The notes under the pieces are model-generated. The model worked only from the letters and a program-made list of their open reading frames with translations, did no database searches and was not told the origin of the DNA. Below are positions 7,293 to 18,000 of a stretch of DNA of 64,000 nt, one piece after another. The stretch is taken from positions 146,952 through 210,951 of IMG/VR virus record IMGVR_UViG_3300037067_003400; one strand, given 5' to 3'. Source of the DNA: a virus (taxonomy: Duplodnaviria > Caudoviricetes). Position 1 is the first letter of the stretch. Each line of letters begins with the position of its first letter. Both the position numbers and the translations under genes were made by a program.

Positions 7293-8205
7293 TTTCCTGT
7301 GCTTCTAGCATTTCTTTTGCTAATGCTTTATCTTCTGGTGAGGCAGCATCCCATTGTTGGTGTAACCAGTATATTATTATATCCATAAGGTTTCTACCAT
7401 CTTCTAATATATATTCTATTTCTTTATAATCAATTAAACCTCTTTTGTTTAATTCTTTAAATAGGTTTAGCGTATTAAAACCTATATGAATACCTATATC
7501 TGGTGATTGATTATATTGTCTTTGCTTTACTAATACATTTTTTAGCAATGCACATCTATTGTTATGTAGTGCTTCTACTAATATAGCAGTATGTGACCAT
7601 CTACTATTGTGTTGACTATATTCTTTATAATCTACTGCTGAGAATAAAGATTTTTTTACTATACTTGTAGATATAAAACAGAAGTTATCATGTAGTCCTA
7701 CGTCTTTCATTATGTCTTTTGCACATTGATATTCTACAATATTACTATCTACATTTTTATAGTATCTACTATCATTTTTCATTTTTTGAAAATAGTTATT
7801 ACACAACTCTGTAGATAGATCTTTAGAGACTATACTTCTATTGGTAATAATATAGTCATATATAGGTAGGTTGTTAAATACTGTTTCTATAGCTTCTGGT
7901 AACATTATATCGTCATCAGAAAAAATCCATACGTATTCACCAGTAGCTGCATTTGTTGTTTCTATTACATTACGCTCTGGATCACTATAATCTCTTCTTA
8001 GTAAAGTTATTGGAACTCCACAATTGCTAAGAGTATTTACATAGTCTATATATTCTTGTGGGGTATCTGAGCCACCATCTTTTATAATAATATTAATGTC
8101 ACTTTTATGTGTACTTTGATTTATAGAAGTTAATATGCTTTCTATAGTCTGTGGTAAGAAAGCCATACGATTTCTTGACGGTATACATATACTTAAAGTT
8201 GGCAA
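7267..8205 (-). CDS. Glycosyltransferase family 2 (GT-A)
   Basis: LSICIPSRNR, IIIKDGGSD, ATGEYVWIFSDDD; TTG start after AAGGAGAGG. Confidence 0.9.
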   Translation of the reverse strand: MPTLSICIPSRNRMAFLPQTIESILTSINQSTHKSDINIIIKDGGSDTPQEYIDYVNTLSNCGVPITLLRRDYSDPERNVIETTNAATGEYVWIFSDDDIMLPEAIETVFNNLPIYDYIITNRSIVSKDLSTELCNNYFQKMKNDSRYYKNVDSNIVEYQCAKDIMKDVGLHDNFCFISTSIVKKSLFSAVDYKEYSQHNSRWSHTAILVEALHNNRCALLKNVLVKQRQYNQSPDIGIHIGFNTLNLFKELNKRGLIDYKEIEYILEDGRNLMDIIIYWLHQQWDAASPEDKALAKEMLEAQESGKYAGAV

Positions 8206-8217
8206 ATGTCCTCTCCT

Positions 8218-8349
8218 TTATTTAGATACAAGTACTACTATAGTTAAAGCTATTATAGCTAAAACAAATCCTATTTCTACTTCATACGTAATAAGATATG
8301 CTCCTACTCTACTGAATAAACTTTCTCTCTTCTGCATTCTTTTCTTCAT
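8218..8349 (-). CDS. 43-aa membrane peptide
   Basis: MKKRMQKRESLFSRVGAYLITYEVEIGFVLAIIALTIVVLVSK. Confidence 0.6.
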   Translation of the reverse strand: MKKRMQKRESLFSRVGAYLITYEVEIGFVLAIIALTIVVLVSK

Positions 8350-8362
8350 TGATTTACCCTTT

Positions 8363-9013
8363 TTAAATGTGGTCTGGGTGGAAAGACTCGTTTTCATCTA
8401 CAAATATAAGTTTTAGGTAACTCTTTCTTGTACCTAGTAGTACTCTTTGTATGGAACGTTTCACACTTTCTTGTTTTTGCCCTACTGCTATGTTATTTTC
8501 TAGCAAATACTTAGCAGCATCTGCCGTAGTTTCAAATGATATGTCTAATGTTGTACAACATATAGGTCTAGAAAAATCTCGTTCTATGCTTATATTATTT
8601 CCCCTTAGTATGTTTCTTATGGTATCTGTAGTACAGTTATAATGAGTAGCTGTATGTTTAACAGATTTTAGGTTAGTGTATGTCTGTATTACATCTTCAT
8701 CAGCATGTGCAAAGTATCTAGTACCATCACCACCTAATGTTAGATTATATCCATTTTTAAACGTAGCATATAATGATATATATTCTATTTCTTTTTCTTC
8801 AAGTATACCATTTTCGAATGTTCCTAAGAGCTCTACTGTAAAGTTGTCTGGTCCATATTTTTTAAATGCTTTATATAAGAGTCTATTATTATTTCTCTCT
8901 TTTTTACTATCATTTATATGTATAGCAAATCTTTTGGTTATGCTCATATAAGTTTTGCCTATATAGCTTTTACTATTAATTCTGTTAGTTATTTTATAAA
9001 TACTTCCAATCAT
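8363..9013 (-). mobile_element. Free-standing GIY-YIG homing endonuclease (Seg-like)
   Basis: GSIYKITNRINSKSYIGKT...R...H, EKE, NGYNLTLGGDG; C-terminal HTH/NUMOD-like DNA-binding region. Confidence 0.9.
8370..8390 (-). repeat. Duplicated tRNA 3' end (T-arm half, acceptor strand and CCA)
   Basis: CGAGTCTTTCCACCCAGACCA. The 13 bp at 8378-8390 are identical to tRNA-Pro 9050-9062. Confidence 0.8.
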
Positions 9014-9044
9014 ATGTGTCTCTTATAAGTTATGAATGATAGCG

Positions 9045-9118
9045 TCGGAGTGGAAAGACTCGAACTTTCAAAATTTCACGGTCCCAAGCCGTGTGCCTTA
9101 CCATTTGGCCACACCCCG
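9045..9118 (-). tRNA. tRNA-Pro(UGG), no encoded CCA
   Basis: CGGGGTG/CACTCCG acceptor, loop CT-TGG-GA, T loop TTCGAGT; followed by A-CGC rather than A-CCA. Confidence 0.92.
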
Positions 9119-9119
9119 A

Positions 9120-9193
9120 TGGAGCAGATTACCAGAATCAAACTGGTACTAAATGCTTGGAAGGCATTTGTGCTACCACTACACCAAATCTGC
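9120..9193 (-). tRNA. tRNA-Gly(UCC)
   Basis: GCAGATT/AATCTGC acceptor, loop CT-TCC-AA, TCCA end; atypical T loop TTTGATT. Confidence 0.9.
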
Positions 9194-9224
9194 ATTGATA
9201 GTAAAACCTTATACCCCTATATAT

Positions 9225-9252
9225 ATTATACCCGTTACATAGAAATTTAAAC
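9225..9252 (-). promoter_or_regulatory. Putative promoter GTTTAA-N13-GGGTATAAT upstream of the tRNA-Gly/Pro pair
   Basis: Conserved motif in an intergenic region just after a terminator. Confidence 0.7.
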
Positions 9253-9291
9253 AGTTTATATCTTATTGTACTATTTCTATTTATAAAACTT

Positions 9292-9322
9292 AAACAAAAT
9301 AAGGGGCAGATAGTCTGCCCCT
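9292..9322 (-). terminator. Rho-independent terminator ending the structural operon
   Basis: AGGGGCAGA-CTA-TCTGCCCCT followed by TATTTTGTTT. Confidence 0.75.
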
Positions 9323-9352
9323 GTTAGAGTTACTTGTGTTAATAGAAGTTAG

Positions 9353-9394
9353 TTAACCCCCACCTCCACCTTTCTTTCGTTTCTTGCAAGCCAT
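9353..9394 (-). CDS. 13-aa micropeptide MACKKRKKGGGGG
   Basis: Strong SD AAGGAGGTGA 4 nt before the ATG; last ORF before the terminator. Confidence 0.55.
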   Translation of the reverse strand: MACKKRKKGGGGG

Positions 9395-9406
9395 TAGGTC
9401 ACCTCC

Positions 9407-10513
9407 TTATACCCAGGTAGATTCAACTGCTGTAATTACTGGAGAAGCTCCAGCCATATTTTGTGTCAGGTTAAACTCTACCGTCTTGGTTGATATAGTA
9501 TTTGAGATATAGGCAAGTGTGGTTTCATCCTTTCCTCTAACTGTATACACTGGGCTACTGTACGTTGCGGCTCCTACGATAGGTGTGAAGTCCAATGTCA
9601 GTTTAGAGTTAGCCGCAAACTCAGTCATCTTTGCTTCTAATGCAATGAATCCCCAGTAGAGATTGCTTGCATCTGGAAGTTCTAAATGAATTAATATATC
9701 TGAAACTTTAGATGGTGGGAAGAATAGTCTACTATTTCCAAAAGCTAATACTTTATCTACACTATAGTTAGGTAGATAAGATAGATCGCAGGCTATCCAA
9801 CTTGAACCATAAGGTCTATAGTATACACCTTTTAGGTTTTGTGTAAGGGCTGGGTATGGGTGGATGGCTATTGTATTAACATAATCATTAGTGAATACTT
9901 CTACTGGTAACTGTACTTTAATCCATACATCTGTAACTTCAGAAGCTTTCTCTACCCAGGCAGTTTCATTCTTTATATCTAAAGCATATTTATAGTCTAC
10001 TGCTTTTGTATATTCATAATCTTGTGGGGGTGTTGAGCCAGCTGGTTTATAACAGTACCCTACACTTACAGACTCTGGTATCCATGCGTCTCCATTAGCA
10101 TCTTCTGTTATTAGTTTATTAGTCTCATTATTTATATGTAATGTAGCTTGTCCATAAGTAGTAGATATATCTGCTGCTGTACTGATACCATCTAATACTG
10201 CCGTTTGACATTCTAAAGAATACATTGAGACTATAGTAGCATTAGAAGATAATGCAAACGTAGTTAGTAGTGCACTTAGTTGACTTGACAAAGCTGATAC
10301 TTTAGATGATATAGCTGCTGCTTGCATAGTAAATACTTCAGTAGCTTTTGCTAATGTGTCTCCTATATCAGAAGCATAACTATATAAAGTAAGTATATCT
10401 GCTCTTAAGTTAGTGTTCATTATATTAAGTATGTCTGAATTAGATTGGCCACCATACTTTATAATTGGATTGCTTGGAGTCTCTAATATAGACTCTGTAG
10501 ATTTAATTGACAT
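9407..10513 (-). CDS. Putative virion structural (baseplate/tail-associated) protein
   Basis: Lies in the structural operon; shares N-terminal DxxxLY helix and C-terminal SPV motif with neighbours. Confidence 0.65.
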   Translation of the reverse strand: MSIKSTESILETPSNPIIKYGGQSNSDILNIMNTNLRADILTLYSYASDIGDTLAKATEVFTMQAAAISSKVSALSSQLSALLTTFALSSNATIVSMYSLECQTAVLDGISTAADISTTYGQATLHINNETNKLITEDANGDAWIPESVSVGYCYKPAGSTPPQDYEYTKAVDYKYALDIKNETAWVEKASEVTDVWIKVQLPVEVFTNDYVNTIAIHPYPALTQNLKGVYYRPYGSSWIACDLSYLPNYSVDKVLAFGNSRLFFPPSKVSDILIHLELPDASNLYWGFIALEAKMTEFAANSKLTLDFTPIVGAATYSSPVYTVRGKDETTLAYISNTISTKTVEFNLTQNMAGASPVITAVESTWV

Positions 10514-10748
10514 ACGTTTTTCTCCTAATGAATTCTGATATTACACGAGCCTTCTGTATTACTGGGGTATATGTAGAAGAGAATGCTGTGAAACAATCTG
10601 GGATATCTGTGTCGTAAGTAGTGTGGTGGGTATTCAATGTATTTTGTATAGTTCTTAGATCTGCTATACCCCCTCCTACTTGTGTTACCAATTTAACAGA
10701 CTCTCTTGGTCCTCTATATCTGAAGTTTATATCTGGTGTATGAATCAT
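10503..10748 (-). CDS. Small putative virion protein
   Basis: FRYRGPRES motif; operon context. Confidence 0.6.
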   Translation of the reverse strand: MIHTPDINFRYRGPRESVKLVTQVGGGIADLRTIQNTLNTHHTTYDTDIPDCFTAFSSTYTPVIQKARVISEFIRRKTYVN

Positions 10749-10757
10749 AATAACCCC

Positions 10758-12998
10758 TTAATTAATATGTAACTCGTAACCATGTAGCTTAGGTGTAGTT
10801 GTTACATCTGTATCTTTTGTGAAATCAAATCTTAGTCTAACTGTATCTATAACTGAACCTTCTATTGTGCTACACTGTAGATTTAATGCTGGTGCTACTG
10901 GGATATTTTGTGCGTCAAATGCTGAGGCAGCTACTCCTATAGTAGGATTGTAGTTAAATAATATAGAAGCTGTTGTAGCTGATGGTATTGTAGTTAGTGC
11001 CCAACAGGAGTTATTATTTACTGGAGTGATTTGTCGTAGTTCGAATTCAGAAACTTTCTTCTGGAATCCTAATGTAGCTTGTGCTCTATATATAGATGAG
11101 TCTAATGATATAGGGTTAAAGTTTGTATAGAACCCGATAGCACTTTTATATATACCTTCTTGAAGTCCTTGTGCATCTAAATCAGTATTGTTTGATAGGC
11201 CTGGATAGTATATATAAATTTGTAATTTGTTCCAGCCTTTTTCTAATTTGTAGTTAGCTCTATTAGATAGTACAGTGTCATCTGATATAGTAGTCTTAGC
11301 TGTTGCCATATACTTAGAAGACATTATATACTTATCATTTAGATATATACTAAATGGTGCTGCTACTTTACTACCTACTAAAGCTGGGCCAGATACTAAA
11401 GCTTTCTTTCTATAGTATACTTTTTCTTCTGGTGCATATACGTAGATAGTAAACCTGTAATTTCCTTTTTCGGCAAGAAGATCATTCCCAGAATAATCTA
11501 CAATTCCTATCTGTAAGAATTCTTTATCTCCTGTGGAGCCATCAGTATATTTAGCATCTTGCATACATAGCATGTTTCCACTTGATATTAATGTAGATGT
11601 ATTAGAGGCTACTAAATCTATATTCTTACTATACGCTGGTGTAAAGAATCCATTTACTATACCTACTCTGTTTTCGTAATCATCTGGTGTAGGTATATGG
11701 TCTGAGCCATCATGATAGCTCCAGTCATAATTAAAGTATTCTACATAGACTTGGTTACTACCTTTTACTATACTCTCTGAGCCATTAACTAATTGAGCTG
11801 GTACTCCATTGAACCGATAGAACTTAATAACAGCATCTTCTGCTGTATAGTCGTCAATAACTATGCTATTAGTATCTATAGGAATGTTAGAGATGTTAGT
11901 ATTATTAAGTATTAGGTCACTATTATTAATAGCTATCCAATTATTTTCTCCTGCCTTTTCAATAAAAGCTTTTATATTAGTTCCCTTAGGTGAGAACATT
12001 TCCATCTTTAGATTAGCAGTTATTATATTGGCTTTCACTAATGGGTTTATAGATGATACTTGTAATGGTAATGTGTATAAGCTTCCATAGTTATTGAAGC
12101 CTAAGCGTAGTAGTTGTAGTTTCTTTATACCAACATCCCCTCCGCTTACTGTTAACTTTATGTAAGAAGCTTGTATTTGTTCGAAGGAATATGTTTTATT
12201 TGTTTTAATATTTTCTGATATAAGTGGGTAGTAGTTAAGGCTATCATTAGACCATTCTATTTTTAATGATAAAGGTGTGGCTATTTCAATATAGATACCA
12301 TCTATTGTGTGCATGTCTATATTTGGAGTGTTAGTATTTATATTATTAAGATGTATTATTGCTTCATATGAGTTAGTACCAAGTGATGCTACCCATACAT
12401 TGTTTGTATTGTCATTAAAGATATTAGCTATTGGAGAGAATACTTTACCATTAGCAGATTCTTTTATTACCTCTGCATTTTGCATAGCATAGGCATATGT
12501 GTTATTCTTTGATTTAGCTAATGTAACGACGCCTTCATCTACATCTATATCTACTGTAGAAGATATCAAATCTATATTATCTACATTATTAAAAGTATCG
12601 AATAAAGAATATGTATAGTTATTTGTTACACCTGTAATAAGTCTATCTACTTCTTGCTCTAACTTTAGTGCTTTCTTTTTGACATAAGTTGATTGGGAGT
12701 CAAACATTTGATATGTTGTTAACATATTATCTGAAACATATACTAAAGAGTTATATAAGAATGTAAGGTCTTCCTTTATATCTTCGAAAGTTCTTTGAAT
12801 ATCCTTACCATCTTTTCCTCCTATAGTGTCATTGTATATAGCAGGTCTTAATTTAGTTAAAGGTTTTCCCCAAGACTTACCAGCCATCTTAGTAGATATG
12901 TTATTGAGAAGCACACCTATAGATGGAAAGATTCCTTTTTGTAGTAGGGTCTTTACCGTGTTATTAATTACTATTGTCTTTTGTCTAATTGATATCAT
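10758..12998 (-). CDS. Putative virion structural protein
   Basis: 746 aa; N-terminal helical region, beta-rich body, C-terminal TPKLHGY. Confidence 0.65.
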   Translation of the reverse strand: MISIRQKTIVINNTVKTLLQKGIFPSIGVLLNNISTKMAGKSWGKPLTKLRPAIYNDTIGGKDGKDIQRTFEDIKEDLTFLYNSLVYVSDNMLTTYQMFDSQSTYVKKKALKLEQEVDRLITGVTNNYTYSLFDTFNNVDNIDLISSTVDIDVDEGVVTLAKSKNNTYAYAMQNAEVIKESANGKVFSPIANIFNDNTNNVWVASLGTNSYEAIIHLNNINTNTPNIDMHTIDGIYIEIATPLSLKIEWSNDSLNYYPLISENIKTNKTYSFEQIQASYIKLTVSGGDVGIKKLQLLRLGFNNYGSLYTLPLQVSSINPLVKANIITANLKMEMFSPKGTNIKAFIEKAGENNWIAINNSDLILNNTNISNIPIDTNSIVIDDYTAEDAVIKFYRFNGVPAQLVNGSESIVKGSNQVYVEYFNYDWSYHDGSDHIPTPDDYENRVGIVNGFFTPAYSKNIDLVASNTSTLISSGNMLCMQDAKYTDGSTGDKEFLQIGIVDYSGNDLLAEKGNYRFTIYVYAPEEKVYYRKKALVSGPALVGSKVAAPFSIYLNDKYIMSSKYMATAKTTISDDTVLSNRANYKLEKGWNKLQIYIYYPGLSNNTDLDAQGLQEGIYKSAIGFYTNFNPISLDSSIYRAQATLGFQKKVSEFELRQITPVNNNSCWALTTIPSATTASILFNYNPTIGVAASAFDAQNIPVAPALNLQCSTIEGSVIDTVRLRFDFTKDTDVTTTPKLHGYELHIN

Positions 12999-15015
12999 CT
13001 GCTGGTAATCCTTTTATTGCGTAATAACTTAACACAGGAGATTCTGTTGGTTTATCTACTGGACGAGAAAGTATAGCCCTAAAGTAAATTATATTAGTGT
13101 TAGGTATTGCTATTACTGATTTTTCTATATCATTTTTCTGGGGTATTATTTCTGTCCAGTTAGTTCCATCTGGACTTACTTCATAACGGATCCACTTCTT
13201 AGAAGTATCCCAAGTTTCTGGTATAAACTCTCCTACTATAAGCGATACTGCTTTTACATCTTTACCAAAGTACATTGGTTTAGAGGTGAACACTGAAGTA
13301 TTTGCATAAAGTCTTTTGTATATTCCTAAGTCTCGTATACCAATAGAATATCTGTATGCATTAAATATGTCATAGTATTCATCAATACCTACAACACTTC
13401 TTCTTACACCAGTACCTCCTAAAAATGAAGCTGCTATTCCAGCCCACATACCTATTCCAGGTATCATTGATGCCACACCTAACACTGTTTTTAAAGCACC
13501 AGTCCCACCAGTTGTACTTTCATAGGTATCTATCTCATCATCTGAAACTCTTGCATACTCTGTCCAATCATGCCTATGCCCCCACATACTGGTTTCTGTA
13601 GCTGCTGTTTTCTTTCTATAGAACTTATGAGCTATCTTTGTTTTGTATGCCTCTGCTTGAGTTAGTGTAAATCTTATATACTTAACTTTCTTTTTATTAC
13701 AAGGAACTATTGCTAAGCCATTAGAACTCTTAACAGGTATACCTGTTTCATTTCCAATAGGTGAGTTAAGATTCTTATTTAGTATAATAGGTTTTGTTAA
13801 TACGTTAGTCCAAACAGTACTATCCTCACCTCTTACTTCTACTGTATCTAATGAGTATGGTAAGCCACTGTCTAAGAATGGATTTAACTCTATCCATGTA
13901 ATTTCTCTTTCCATATCAAATTCTATAGTAAACATTAGTGTAAGAGAATTTTTAGGTGTACCCATACAAGTATGAACTGTTTTATATGGGCCTTCTGGTG
14001 CTGCTGCTCCTGGGAATGCTATTTGTGCTTTCCATCCATAGTCTTTAGTTAGTGTATTCTTTCCATTATCTCTAAAGTTGGATTGCTCTCCAGCATATGC
14101 ATACCACTTATCAGCAACGTAAGCTTCTGTGCTTTTAGAAATGTCCCCAGGATTTATTGATAAGATAGCTTGTTCTTTTCCACTATCTGAAGCTACATAA
14201 CCACTTCGAGCTACTACCTTCTGAACCACAGGCACTACATATTTTTCCCACTCAAACCATGTAGATGTGTCGGAATCAAACATCCCAGTTATATTAGATG
14301 AGTCTTTCTGTGAAGCGTTTCTTAATACAGGTGTGATAGGTGTATTAAATTCTTCGTCTGAAGCTTTATACTCATTAGCATTTTCAAAGTCTTTATTCAA
14401 AACTTCTAAATTATTTCCAGGCATTCCTTCAGGTACTTTATCTTTTGATAATGGATGTTCTACTGAAACACTTTTTATCTTTGATATTAATTCTTCTTCA
14501 CCATCTAACTTAAGTTGTACTATTCCTTTTGATGCTTCTACTGTTACTGTAGAATTAGTTAAGTCTATAGAATCTGTAGTAGTAAAGGAGTCTCCTACCC
14601 ATTGGTAGGTTGGGTCTGAATCTGATATCCAGAGCTGTAGTTTATCTACTTTAGAATTTAATCCAGCTAATAGTTTTCTTAATCCTACTCTCTCTATACC
14701 ACAAAGATTAACAACAGCTTTAGCAGCAAGTCTTAATCTATCTATCTGCTGGTAACCTATTGATAAGTCTGTGTCAATTTGTCCTAAAGGTAACTGTATG
14801 ATATCAGTTTTTAGAAACTCTCCTTTAGTTGTTTCTATTGGTGATATACTTGGTTTGCCAATGTTATCGTAGAAGTTAGCATACTCATTAGTTACAAAAG
14901 CCAGTAATCTATTTTCTATAGAAAGTTGTCCTGTGTTAAAAGTATCTGCTATATTACTTAGAGCTACCTTAGCACGTTCTTTATTCATTGTTAGTGTATG
15001 TTCGTGAATTGACAT
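12985..15015 (-). CDS. Putative virion structural protein
   Basis: 676 aa; paralogous termini, YEVSPDGTNW motif, internal Gly-rich hydrophobic segment. Confidence 0.65.
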   Translation of the reverse strand: MSIHEHTLTMNKERAKVALSNIADTFNTGQLSIENRLLAFVTNEYANFYDNIGKPSISPIETTKGEFLKTDIIQLPLGQIDTDLSIGYQQIDRLRLAAKAVVNLCGIERVGLRKLLAGLNSKVDKLQLWISDSDPTYQWVGDSFTTTDSIDLTNSTVTVEASKGIVQLKLDGEEELISKIKSVSVEHPLSKDKVPEGMPGNNLEVLNKDFENANEYKASDEEFNTPITPVLRNASQKDSSNITGMFDSDTSTWFEWEKYVVPVVQKVVARSGYVASDSGKEQAILSINPGDISKSTEAYVADKWYAYAGEQSNFRDNGKNTLTKDYGWKAQIAFPGAAAPEGPYKTVHTCMGTPKNSLTLMFTIEFDMEREITWIELNPFLDSGLPYSLDTVEVRGEDSTVWTNVLTKPIILNKNLNSPIGNETGIPVKSSNGLAIVPCNKKKVKYIRFTLTQAEAYKTKIAHKFYRKKTAATETSMWGHRHDWTEYARVSDDEIDTYESTTGGTGALKTVLGVASMIPGIGMWAGIAASFLGGTGVRRSVVGIDEYYDIFNAYRYSIGIRDLGIYKRLYANTSVFTSKPMYFGKDVKAVSLIVGEFIPETWDTSKKWIRYEVSPDGTNWTEIIPQKNDIEKSVIAIPNTNIIYFRAILSRPVDKPTESPVLSYYAIKGLPADDIN

Positions 15016-15018
15016 TTG

Positions 15019-18000
15019 TTACTTCCTAATGTTTAGTAAGACTGTGTAGTCGTAGATTACAGGTGATCCTGTTATAACCTGATCTCTTAAGTTGGAATCC
15101 ATTTCAATTACTATACGAGGATTCACTCCCAGAGTTTGATAGTCTACAGTTATTTCGGCAGGAGTATCTCCTAAATAGAATAAGTCATTTGCAAAGACTA
15201 TCTCTCCAAATTCATTTATGTAGTACTCATAGACAGGATAGTATTTTTCTGGGTTACTCTTATCGTCATTGAATAGTTTTAGTGTTGGAGTAGTACCATT
15301 TACATAGTCTGTCATATTTCTTGTTACTGGGTATGATTGTGATAGTAGAGGAGAGAGCCCCTCTACTTGTGTAGTATCTAATACAAACTCTTCACCAGCT
15401 AAATACCCAGCTGCTGAGACTCTGGTTCTATAGTATGCAATCACTATATAAGTATCTTCTATATCTGTGTCTGTGATTCCAGCAGGTATCTGACTAAATC
15501 CAGCTGACTTCATTATGATTCTTGTTTTATTATAGTAAGAAGCTGTTGAGTCGCTCTTTGTAGAAGCTACCCCTACTACATCATAGTTAGATGGCTTAAT
15601 AAGTATATCATTAGTATGGTCCATTGCTGTTCCAACAATGTCTCCTACTTTATGCCAGTATAAAGCAACTCTATTACCACGCTTACTTACGTCATCCCAC
15701 TCTATAGGATACTTAGTAATGTATGTAGTAGATGAAAGTTTATGCTCTTCTATTATTTTTCTGGATATAGTATTGTCTCTTGTAGCAACAGTCTTATCAG
15801 TAGTACTCGTATCTGTAATAACAGAGCCATCAGTTTCTATATCTAATACTTCTCTGCTTACTAACTTAGATAATTGGTTCTCTGCTCTACCTAATATATC
15901 TGGGAAGATAAGTTTATTATTTATTTTTAGTTTTACTTCTATTGGTTTATATCCTGGGATTGTTTTTATTATCGTCTCGCACAGTTGCCAGTAGTCACTA
16001 TTTGCCGCTGACGGAACATATGTAGAAGCTGGTGTAGAAGCAGAATTATGCCCACGGATACACGTGTAATACGTGCCATCAGTAGGGTATGCTACTCTAT
16101 TTCCAAAGACATACGTAGATGCATTATTCCAGACTCCAGAGTTAGAGGAACTGTTAACTGTATATAATACATTTGTAGTATTAGGATCATAAGTAAATAG
16201 TTTTAATGAGTCGTAGCTATCTAATGTATTTTTTATAGTAGCTATCTTTTCTCTACTTATGTATGGGAATAAAGATAGCTTTGCTTTATGGTATCTGTCA
16301 GTTCCATTAATAATATCTTTTGTTTGCTTTGGAGCAATTGATATATAACTGTCGGGTCCTGGTTCTCCTACTGCTTTGAGCTTAAGATTATAGTTTGGAG
16401 CTTCAAGTTTTTTTAGATTATTAAGAGCTATTGATTCATCTTCTGATAGAGATACATAAAATCTAATATCAGTTTCATTACTATCTCCAGTATTCATAGT
16501 AGGTAGTAATGTTAACTCTCTAATCTCTCCTGGTAAATTAAAAGATTGTGATACCCAGTAGCCAGACTTAATAAATTCTCTGTAACGTAAATCTAATTCC
16601 CAGCCCCCAAGTATGTATTCATATTTAGTTAGATTAACAAGTTCCTCTGTTGGGTTAGCTATATGATATAGCTTAACTATTAAATCTTTTATCTTTCCAC
16701 CAAGTCTATTAACTATTATATTTAAGTCATTATCTTCTGGTAGGTTGTAACGCAAATCAGATTGTATAGTAGTTCCACTTGCTGATGAATCTGTTAACAC
16801 ATTATCTTCTGATACTAATACCATATTCCATAAGTCTTGTTCAGCAAGATATGATCTTGGAATATTGTATTGCTTTAGTGTATAGTGTGGCTGTGCTAAT
16901 GTTAACCACAATGTTTTACAAGCAATATTCTTACCACGTGACTGAGATAGATTAACTATTTTGTCACCTGATATTTCTGTGTCTAAAAGAAGTTGTTCTG
17001 AGTAATCTGTTGACAATTGTATGTTATCTATATAAGTTGTAGTAGTATCTCCAAAGACTTGGAACTCTAACATTAGTTTTTTGTAGGTTATATTATCTAC
17101 TATATTAATAAACTTATTTACTTGTGCCCACTCTTTATTATATTTATATGGTTGAGATATAATCTGGGAAAATAAAGTGAGTACTCCAGAAGTAGCTGTC
17201 TCTCCTTTTAGTAATACTTTTACTGTAGTCTCTGGGGTTGTTTGTTTTAACAATAAACTTAAAGAAAGTAATCGTGGCATATCAGTTGTGTAGTCTGTTT
17301 GTATACCACCACTTAAAAAGATTATGTCTCGTGTAAATGTACAATTAGCAGTATCGCTTCCTGTTATAACTTCTAAGCATTGGCTTCCATCCATACCAGA
17401 GCCTGTTGCTACTTGAGCTGTAGCTGTAGTAGTTGTTATAGTCCACCCTGTAGTATCGTCTTTGAAGTTTCCATTTATTGGGATCATGCCTCCACTTGTT
17501 TTGTCGGTAACAAGATTCCCAGTCCAGTCTATAGCAAGTAACTTCATTGGGTATGGTGATAATGGTTTAAAACTTAATTCATTTATTGGTGTAAGATAAT
17601 CAAAGTCTACTCTTAACCTAACAACAGCCCCGCCTTTATAGTTAGCTGGTAACCAGTTTATATTTTCTATGTTTGCTGCTATTGGGGCATCTGCTAATAT
17701 AACCTCTCTCCAAAAGGAGTTATAGTTTCCATCTACTAATTCAGTTATACTATGTCGTGTTTCTGTGGATATACCAAGCATATTCTCTATTGATATCTTA
17801 CACATTTTTCTATCTGCAACTGATATTGTTCTTGATATGTCACCTATTAGTTGTCTACGTAGTGACATAGATACTGGGTCTACCCATAATTTATTTTTAT
17901 CAGTTGGAATCTTAGTGTTATCACAAGTATCAGTAGAGAAGGTTTCTGTTAATATATTTGTGTAATTTAATGCGCTTCTATTTACAAGAACTTTATTTCT

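Noticed and set aside
9032-9250. 72-aa plus-strand ORF
   Set aside because: It is the antisense reading of tRNA-Pro and tRNA-Gly.
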